Assembly: GCA_964057225.1 (NCBI GenBank)
Contig: OZ059897.1
Location: 13,330,001-13,394,000, forward strand
Source: Auanema rhodensis
Lineage: Eukaryota > Animalia > Nematoda
DNA: 64,000 bases
Direction: 5' to 3'
Below the pieces are notes generated by a model. That model was not told the DNA's origin, did not search any database, and saw nothing but the letters and a program-made list of their open reading frames with translations. Below, one piece after another: positions 54,040 through 64,000 of this stretch (its first letter is position 1; each line of letters begins with the position of its first letter). A program made the translations under genes and the position numbers.

Positions 54040-57000
54040 ATTCAGGAATTATCCTTAATCAAGCAATAATAATAATAATAAGTAATAATAATAAATATTT
54101 CATAATATTAATTTCATTTCAAACATAAAATGATTTACGAACATTTAAATTTATATAAAAAAGTTCAAAAGAAGGAGATTAAGAATTTAGACAATTTGTT
54201 ATTTTTCAGAAAACTTGTTCTAATTTTTTATTTTTAGAACTTTAATTTAATTTTTTGTTATATTCATCATTATTTTCTTATCATTCTCTCATTAATTTTT
54301 TACTATTATTTGAATTTATATTCACCATAAAAACTAATAAAATCTGTTGAATTTTCAAAAATAAATTTCTTAAGATCTCTGCTTGACTATAGAAAATATC
54401 GAGTATGTTCCACCTTTTCCCACGGGAGGCTACAAATCGACGCCAGGAGATGTGTCGCCTCCCGAAATGTCCTCTCTTACTTCTAGAATAACTCCTCTCT
54501 CTATTCAAAACTTCTCATTCAACAATGTTTTTGTTTTTGTTGTTTCTTTATTTCTTTTAAGACAACAATTACTAATCTCCTAAGAAGAATTTTGTATTGC
54601 TTAAATTCAACACAAATTCATCTCATCAGTTGCAACTTTATCCACATTGTATTTTTTTTATTTAGAATAAAATATGAATTTGATTTTACTCAATCGAATA
54701 TTTTTAAAATTATAATAATTCAAAGCTCAACTTATTTTGTTTTAAACTTTGCTCCACAGATCAGTTTAAAAATTGTTTCTAAAAAATGTATTTGAAAAAT
54801 ATTATATATTTCAATATTTTACTGTTACTAAAATTTTATAAAATTTAAAATATGTAATTTTAGTCAAAAATATTATTTATTCTTATAAAATTTTGTTAGT
54901 CTGTTGAAAGTATTCGAAAAAAAGAAAAAGAAGTCTATATATTTGACATTGTCCGTCCGTATTCTGCTTTCTTTCTCTGTTATTAACTCACTCCCTTTTT
55001 TATTTTATTTTTGTCTCTTCATCGACTTCTTATTTTACTTATATCCTTATTTTTCAGTTCTCTTTTTCTTTTCTTATTTTTTTATTGTAATATATCTAGA
55101 TATTCATACGGTGACCCTATGCTCAAGACTCTTTATTCGATGACTTGGCTTTATGACAGCCATCATTCATCTTGAGTTGAGAATTATCTCAATATCTTCT
55201 AGAAAGCTCAGTATACTCATAAGGAAAAGAAAAATATCAGGTTGTTTAACGATAAATGTAGATTCAATGTTTTCTTTTTGTTTTGAAAACAGAATTATTT
55301 TCTTATTCAAACGTTTTCTGGAAAGATTAACGTTGATCTACAATGAAAGAATATCTTGATTGTCCATCTTGTATCAAGTGACATCGAATTTTTACTTATA
55401 AAAGCTGGATATATAACATCTGCAGCAGAACAAACAAAAAAATAAACAAAAGAGATTAAGATAGTTAAAATGTGATAGAAAATATGTATAGAGATCGAGG
55501 AAAAATAAGAGAAGTTTAGCCTTGAAGGGTCAGTTAGCCAGCAAAGTAACATGGATAACTTGATCTGATATATGTTTGTCTCTTTTCTCTTTTCATGTAT
55601 GTATGTCCTGTTAAGAAGAGATGGGTAAAGAAGAGGAAGATGATTCCCATGAGTAGAAGTTAGTAAAGTATTTTATAGTGTTTTCAAAATAAAATGATCA
55701 TATATCTCATAAATTGTACTATTTCCTTTTTAAGTAGTATACTATAAAATAAAATATATACAAATTGAATTATTAACTATTTTTTTTTCAAGTTTTTTCT
55801 TAAACTTTATAAACAACATATTTTTAATCATAATTATAAATTGCCTGCTGTGCATTTGATATTTTATCTTATGTAGCATGTCAATATGGACTGATTTCAA
55901 AAATACTTTAACTCAAATTATGAATGCTTGTAGTTTTAATGTTAGAATATCTATTTCTTAATGTTATTCTCAAATTTTTATTAGAATAGTTGAGGAACTT
56001 TTCCTTCTTTTTGCAATAAGAAACATTTCCAGCTGAAAGAGCATGTTGAAATGAGATATTCGAAGTTCATCTCTTTCTGAAAATCTGTTATAGTATAAGA
56101 ACTAAGATCGATGAATGTTTTGCTCATATCAAGAGTTCCATACCAAGTTTTTCGTAGTTTTTCGACATTTTTAATCCTTCTTTTATGGGAATTTTTGAGT
56201 TCTCGAACATAAAAAAACTAATGGACATTTACCCCATTGTAATCATTCCGTCATTCTTACTCAACGTTTTAAGCTTTTTCACAGTTTTTACTTCGTTTGA
56301 TCGTCATGAGTATGACGGGTTCAAGGTTTTTCGTATTCGTTTCTCCTGAAATATCTATCATATCCTCTGGGACTATTTCTGGCGCAAAGTTGACAAAAAA
56401 TTGAAAGAAAGGCGAGAGTTTGTGCAGATATAGGCAAGTAGATGTGTGAGACAAGAAGAATCGGAGAAATGGAAAAAGATAGAAAGAATGTTTGAAGGAA
56501 AATGAGAATTAGAGAGACAGCCAGCAGTAGAATCTCTGGACATTGAGATACATACATATATCTCCAAACGCCCATACAAGTTCCATTGAATTACTACAGC
56601 TAACTCAGTTGACAGGAACGTTTCTGAAGAACTCTTTTTCGTTTTTGACTGCATACATCGATCAAAAATTCAGACAGATTCTTTTTTTAGTTTGTCATTC
56701 ATGTATAGAATATCCAGTACTTGACGTGCTTTCATGTCTATCTATCTCCATTGTTGCAATGATTTGAGTTCAAGTTCGGACTAAATAATAACAAACTTGA
56801 AATAAGTAATTATGAAGCATAAAAGTAGACCGATGATTGAACGGAAAAAGTTAGTAAAATTTGAGATGAGGAAATGTATGCGAATGAGAAAAGCCTATAG
56901 AGACATTACTCCTGTAGACAAGCGTGGGAATAAAAGAACGAATTGAAGAGAAAGTGAAAGAGAGCATTGAAGTCGAAGAAGTACGAACCTTGTTGAGATG

Positions 57001-57076
57001 AGACTCATATCTCAATTTTCTCTTTCTCTCTCTCTCCCTTCCCTTCTTTTCTTTTTCTCTAGTCGCCTGTTCCCAG

Positions 57077-57091
57077 CCCCCCCCCCCCCCC
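57077..57091. repeat. C15 homopolymer (G15 on minus strand)
   Basis: 15 consecutive C after a CT-rich tract. Confidence 0.9.
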
Positions 57092-59525
57092 AATTTTAGC
57101 ATACAGCTCAATTTTTTCTATCCGAGTATGCAGCATGCTTTCATCTATGTATGAAAATCTTTTTTTTTATTTTTGAATATATTAATACTTTCAGAATATT
57201 TTATTCCGTGAATGTCATTTTCATAAGTTCCTCATAATTCATTAAGATACTTCAATATCGTTAAAGCTTCTCTAGGAATGAATAAACTTTATATTGAATA
57301 TATGTATTAGAATACTTAAATAATTAACTTTTTTTCTTTACGTTCTTTTTAATAAAAAATTTTATTTCAATTTATAGTTGGATTCTGTATTTTATTCCAA
57401 CATTTGGAGATTTATTAACAGCAGACAATTTGAGTTGAGGTGACAAAGCTAAAGTAAAAAAAATAAAATTTGTATTTCATTTTCTAAAGTTTTCATGATC
57501 TCTTGTATTTGTATTTAATTTCTTCGCACTTTTCACCGATTTATTTCATTTTTGTCATCTTTTTCTCTTTCTAATCTACTTTTATTCTTTTTCAACTCAC
57601 TCTCTCAATCTTCATCAGCATCTTATAATATCTTCTATGTTATTGTCTTATAGCTCATTTTTTTATTTCTATTTCTGCTTTCAAACTTTCACACAGAAGC
57701 ATCGTCAGCTCATTTGCTTTATTATTCAGCTGTTAGCTTCAAAACGAGTACACGGACTTAATTGATCGTAGCGTCCATCTATTTGTCAAATGGCACATGG
57801 TTAGAATGACTAATTTTGACTTACACTTTTCTGAATTCTCTTTCTGCTTCAGAAAACTCCACTTTTACTATTAGCCGATTGAAAAATCAAAAAAAAAGTT
57901 TTTGTTAATATTGTTTTCTATGTGGGAGAGCAAGATCAATGATGTCTTTCAAAGGTTCTGAGCAATGTTAGAAGAATTGAAAAAGTAATAATACAGGTTT
58001 TGTTTGGTTCAGCTTGTTTATTTGCAAAAATTCTTAAACAATTCGAAATAAGGTGAATTAATCCCAAATAAATCAAGTTATCTTCTATACTTTTTTCTTT
58101 TCATGCCCAAACTTAAAGTGTGCCAAATAGGAGAGGCATGGAGTAGTGCTTAGAAAGATTGAAGTGCAGGGATATGCTGACTACGACGGAAGAAAATACA
58201 AAATGAGGAAGATTGGCTTCAGAAAAGTAGGAAAAAAGGGTCAAAAAGAGACGAAGCAAAGAGGGAGAGATAGAAAGCTCAGTAATAATTATGTGAATAT
58301 GTCACTTGTATGTTCTTTGCTCACACAACCTCTTCAAAAGCCCTCTAGCAATTATTATTCTTTTCTATGCGTGGCCAGTTCTTCACTTCTTCTGGACATT
58401 TTTTCGTTCTCTCCAGGCTTTTTACTAATTTTTCTTAATTACTTAAACTTTATATTGATTGTTATAATATTGTTTTTCTAATTTTCAATATATGTATATT
58501 ATCATGTTACTGTATAATAGTAGTAATCAACATATACATATATCCATACATATGTATGTTCAAATTGAAAGTACATATGAAGTAAGAGACTAATGTAAAT
58601 GGTGGTATAAAAGCTGAATGTTCTTATTTCATCAAAGTAATATAAAAGAAAATTTTTTTGAATAAAAGATGCAGTTAGTATGCTAATTAATCCTTTTTCC
58701 GTTTAAAATATTTGTAAGCTAATCTTAAAGCATTTTCATTTGTTTAGTCGTATGAAGACAATTTAATGTTTGAGAATATTATGTAATGATGCAATGTTTA
58801 AACCTAATACTCAAGTTGTAAAACAAATTTTATTTTCAATATTAAATACGATTTTACTCTTGTAATTCTTGCATCTATGAATTATTGCTAAAATTAGCAT
58901 AGTTAGTATAAGGATCTTTACGTCAATTTTACTTGAAGGCTCCAAATATGGATGCATGTATTCACTTCATTTTTGCTTCAAAGCATCAAGTAGCCGGTTG
59001 CATTCTTTTGCAAATTGATGAATAAATCTGCTTTGTGAAAGAAGAACTGAATGGTGGAATATGGTTCATGTGTCATATATTTTAATTCCGTATTCTTCTA
59101 TATTGGTATAATTATATCTATAATTATATAACTTTTCAACAAATATTTTTATTATTTAATATAATTTAAATTTAAACAAAACATTAGTTATCTTCTTTTT
59201 TTTTATATTTTTAGCTAATTTATTATTGATTGTCGTGATCTAGATATTATATTAATTCAATGAAGCAATAAGTTAGATATTTCAACTTTTGACAAAGTTA
59301 AACGTAAGAGTTTAATATACTTTTATATGTTTATTCAGTATAATTCATTTGAATACTGATAGTTAAAATAACAATATAAATAGTTTTGTTGCTAGTTTTA
59401 CATTCATTTTGTTCTATATGCAGTATTCAGCTTTTCTAATTGTTCTCAATTGTCCATTTCACTCTGCTCTCGTTTTTCCTTTCCCCCTCTACACCCTCCC
59501 TCTCTTTTTTTTCCTTGTCACACTT

Positions 59526-59537
59526 TCTCTCTCTCGA

Positions 59538-59588
<51 letters not shown>
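59526..59588. repeat. (CT)n microsatellite
   Basis: Perfect CT run 59542-59588 with a short preceding CT run. Confidence 0.95.
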
Positions 59589-59591
<3 letters not shown>

Positions 59592-62207
59592 GTTTTCACT
59601 CTCTTTATCTCATTTGTTGCCATCTCTTTAAATACTGTTACATAAAATTATATACTATGTATGTATATATTTAATATATAAATATGCATATCATATTTTC
59701 TTATTTTTTATTATATATATATATAATATTTTGCATATGTAAAGCTTTATTTTTATCTCATTTTTCGTAGTCAATATCATGAGACAGAGACATTTCTTCT
59801 CAGGAAGGATCAACTCAATGCGTAAATGTGTAAATTTCTTATTGCCCTCTCTCAGATTAATTATCATTGAATTCTAAGGTACACTAGCTATACAGACAAG
59901 ATATCAATTCGTTTATATTGCTCTGAGTATCTAACAGTTTAAGCTTGGGTACGAATTGAAAATAAAACTTTTCAAAATGTCAAGTATTCCAGCACTTCGT
60001 ATCACTTTTCTCGATTTTTTGACCAGTTTCATAATTAATTGAAGCTTGATTATTTGTACTATAGTATGTTTTGAATTCATATTTCACATTCCACTCCTAC
60101 TCATTTCATAATTATTTTTTTTTTCCTGATAGTTTTTTCGCTTTAATCACTCAATTCGTCTGTTTTGTCTTTCTGTTATCTTAGCCTACACTTTGGTTTT
60201 ACCCTCTCTCCCACCCTTTCTCATCCATCCTGAATCGATGACAATTCTATTAGACAATCATGCCCATTCAGCTCAAGTCCTCAGTCGGTCTTGCCTTCAT
60301 CGTGTTGCGCACGAAAATTTGAAATATGGCACTTTTTCGAACCATGATTTGTCGTAATTTTGTTTTTTTCTTTCATATTTACTGAATAAACTCATCTTAT
60401 TCTATTTTTTTTCAATCTTTTTCATCTTAATGCCGTCTTCATTTTTTTCTTTTCAAGCTTTATTGTCGTTTGACCACTTCCATCTCATCGAAGATCGAAA
60501 AAATCTGCTGGCGAATGCTGCTCATCCATTCTATCACAGCAAGTTTCAATTGACTTTCTGTGAATATACAAATCTACTCGTATCTAACTACAAGCTATAC
60601 AATTTAATTTTTAATCCACATTTGTGTTTTAGTATTGAATATCACTCAACCTTTTTAATGTCAAATTTAACAGCCGCGTTTCATAATTTGTACGTCGAAT
60701 CTGACCTCAAACGTCGTCATGCTATTATATTGGACATGTCTTTGAAGAGCTTTAAAAAAATGTATAAGTGTAATTATTTCTATTATATATAATTTTATTA
60801 AATAATAAACATCTCATCATGTATTGATGAGGAATATTCAGAATGAGTTTTAAATTAAAACTTATTTGCATTGTTTTCGATGGACGTAAGTTTTTTTCAA
60901 AAACGAAAAATTAAGAAAAAAATTTATTTTCAATATTCTAGCATTTTTTTTTTCATGCATTTTCATTTTCTTCCTTTTTAGAGGTTCTGTCCTCATTATG
61001 GAAAAACGCCTTGTTCTTCTAAAATACTTATAAACAATACGTTGAAAGCAGATAATCGTCTATGTTTCCGTTTTTCGAGCTGTTGTGTTGGAGTCCATAA
61101 TGTCTAACATTAAGATCATGATGATATCTTAAAGCTGCTCCTCCTCAGATTACTTGAATTGATTGATCTTTTTTTAGCGCCTCAGGCAATGCTGATGTAG
61201 TGAGTGGCTAGCGTTAGGAGGCTGAACCCAATGAGTCTGGGATTTCTTTTTTCTCCCTTTGCTTATCTCTTTTTCTTTTTCACTCTCTTGAATCGTATCC
61301 TTTTTTCTATATTTCTATATCCGTTTCTTGCTTTTCCTCCCTCTCTATATTTCTTTTACTCACTATTTCCCTCTCCAACTTGCATTCATTCATTGCCACT
61401 ATGTATTAGCTTTTCTTTCTTGCTCTATTTGAAGCATTTGCTCGTCTTCTAACACGAACAATCATCACATATTGTGACATTCTGTTTCCTTCACTTGTTA
61501 TCTTGCGTACGGTGTTCTTTCGATTTGAGTTCAAGATCATTCGGACAATTCGAAATAAGGAAATATTGGTTTGGCACGCACCGATACAGATACACATGAC
61601 TTAAGCGTTTGGTTTCAAGCTTTCACCAGTTGTTAACCTTTAGGTGATTCACGAAGTACATACAAATAATTTTCAATGGTCAGTGCTCCTTTTTCACCTC
61701 CGAACTAGACTGGCACAAGTATTGTATATTCATGCAGCTTTTAAAGGCAACAGAGAAAAAATCTTGTGCCACTTTTTTCCCAGTAAGCTAAGCTGTACAA
61801 ATTTCCAAATTAGTTTATAATCTTTGTTTGGCCTATCTCCATGTCTTACTCTTTCCCCATTACGGCTTTTCTCCCTGAATTTGTCAATAACTCTTTCATG
61901 GGTTTTTCCTCTGTCTTTTAAGCAATTTTTGAACTTACAAGCTTGAATGATAAACACAAGATCTCTTACACTCTTTAGCAGGCTCCTTTGCCTATATAAT
62001 TACTCTTCCTCACTCACACATAAACGAACAGCAAGCAGCTGATTGTAATTGTTCTCATGTTTGTATTTAAACATAAAAATCAACAATAATTATGCTTTGT
62101 TGTTTCACTTTGCTGTTATCATTTATTAATTCTGTGTTAAATCATCTATAACATATGTTCTGATCTGTTTTTCAGGTTCATTTCTTATCCGTCACCCATG
62201 CCTACGA

Positions 62208-62878
62208 ATGAGCTCTCCCCCAGGTATATAATTTTATACATAGCAATTCAGATCATCCCTTTTTCATGAACAGCTCAATCGACACATTTTCCAGAAGAAG
62301 AGAGAGTCCGTTGTATTCTGCGTGATCTTCGGACTCGTGTAAAAAGTAAAGAAGTACAGGAAGATATAGAAAGACTTGAAAAACTTCTGTCAGATCCTCT
62401 ATTTTGTCAATTAAGTCGGAAGGTATGTATGTTCATTTCAAGTTTTGTTTAATGACGAATCACTTCATAAAATCTTTTTCAGTCTGTTGAAAAGCCGGAC
62501 GCCTCAAAAAAATCTTTATGTATGTTTTAATTGCTCTTCAAATCCTATAATATTAAGCTTTGAATATTCCAAAAATTAATTTATTTTTAACAAACTTTCT
62601 TGTTTTCTTTTAAGTTTTATCGAATTATTATTTTTCAGATAGCTCTGAACTAATCAACTACTTGAAAGAAAAGGTTGAGAAGGAAGTTCAATCAACTTTA
62701 AAAGAAAACCAGGTAATATCTTCAGATAATTGTACATTTTTACTCATTCTTATCATATAATCAAATTAAAATTATAAATTACGTCTGATTTTTGATATCT
62801 TTTCCTTTTTTTCTTGAAATGCTGTAATGTGCACCTGTTATTTGCAATAGGACGGCCAACTGCACACCTCATGTGTCT
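62208..62878 (+). CDS. 5' portion of a gene with an L27-like N-terminal domain (MPZ-1/MUPP1/PATJ- or MAGUK-type scaffold); continues beyond the window
   Basis: Exons 62208-62223, 62295-62422, 62483-62519, 62639-62712 and possibly 62851-62878 give MSSPPEEERVRCILRDLRTRVKSKEVQEDIERLEKLLSDPLFCQLSRK..., which fits the L27 pattern (helix...L..LL..PLF..L). No stop or PDZ domain is visible in the window. Confidence 0.6.
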
Positions 62879-63097
62879 GTAAGTCTTCATGTCCACTAAT
62901 GTCCGCTAACTGATTTTAGTTATAATAATTAAAAAAAAACAGAACCTCAACTAACTTTTAATTATGAGAATTCTTAACTAATTGTAGTTTTTATTTATAT
63001 CAAAATGCCATCATTATTTTGAACATCTTTACTTGGTAGCTTATTAAGTTAAAAAAAACTGAATATTATTATAGTATTTAAAATATAAGAATAAGAT

Positions 63098-63104
63098 AGA
63101 GAGA

Positions 63105-63190
<86 letters not shown>
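63098..63190. repeat. (GA)n microsatellite
   Basis: Interrupted GA run of ~90 bp. Confidence 0.95.
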
Positions 63191-63191
<1 letters not shown>

Positions 63192-64000
63192 ATATTAAAG
63201 TTGTATTTATGAGAAAAGAGATGAAAAGCAAAATAAAATAAAAAGAAATATATGTATGTACATGAGTCAACCGCTTTTGTCTTACTCTGCTACTGTGAAA
63301 TGGATTTGATAGATGAATGTTAAGCCATTTTCACGTAAGACCTGTCACGTAATATGCTTTGAATAATATTTTTTATTTTCATTTTAAGCAATTGAGATGA
63401 AATTCAAATCGAAAGAAAATTACAAAATGCTGTTCTTCTGTTTTGACGTCTTCTGCTAATCCTTGTTAGGATGAAAGGCAAATGGAAGATTCTACTTCAG
63501 TGTATGACTTTATGTGTGCATTCGATGCTTTTCCATCACAGTTTTCATGAATTGACAATGCTTCATCTTATTCTTCATCTATACCTCGTTTTCTTATCTA
63601 TATCCTTTCTTTTATTTTGCTTTCGTCTCTTTCCTACACCAACACCATTCCTTAGGCGGCGGAACTGTGTTATTCCTCATGACTGACATATGTATTTCGC
63701 ATAGCAATTTCCATCTCAAAATCACTATTCAGTCCAATCAATGCATTTTCAACAAATTAATTCTAGATGTTTGAAGCGACGAGAAAGAAACAAATGTTTC
63801 TATATAATACTTCAGTTTATATATATAGCTTTTATGTATATCGCATAGTATTTAGATCTAGTACTCAATACTTCAAATGCTTATCCATATGCTGCTCTTC
63901 TACTATCGCCTTTTCCTTCTGATTATTATAATATTCTGCTATTCCTGTTTCACAATTTTCATCATGATATTTTGTTCTGTTGCTATTGAGAAAATATAAT

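Noticed and set aside
1-64000. tRNA, rRNA, CRISPR arrays, intact mobile elements, non-standard genetic code
   Set aside because: GTTCGA-like hits lack cloverleaf context, no repeat-spacer arrays or transposase exons were seen, and all spliced genes read through with the standard code and GT-AG introns.

Overview
Very AT-rich eukaryotic DNA with many short (~45-55 nt) GT-AG introns, TTTCAG/TTTTAG acceptors and acceptor sites just before several start codons (trans-splice-like). The gene content points to a nematode, probably a clade V rhabditid. The supplied ORF track is mostly exon fragments or noise, so I spliced genes by hand. Left to right: a rhodopsin-like orphan peptide-type GPCR (minus); a ~652-aa secreted protein with three 10-Cys Ly6/uPAR (LU) domains, Pro-rich linkers and a GPI-type tail (minus); a globin with a long N-terminal extension (glb-24-like); an S10 serine carboxypeptidase with a GPI-type tail; a pentameric ligand-gated channel lacking both Cys-loop cysteines (lgc-34-like); tandem hedgehog-related genes wrt-1 (Wart+Hint) and wrt-10 (Wart only); and the 5' part of a gene with an L27-like N-terminus. 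I found no rRNA, tRNA, CRISPR array or recognisable transposon. The most notable items are the Cys-less channel, the uPAR-like triple-LU protein, the GPI-type carboxypeptidase, candidate NHR-23/NHR-25 molting elements, two GC-rich hairpins and a repeated TCACGT-N5-ACGTGA palindrome. Orthology calls are from memory, not from a database search.
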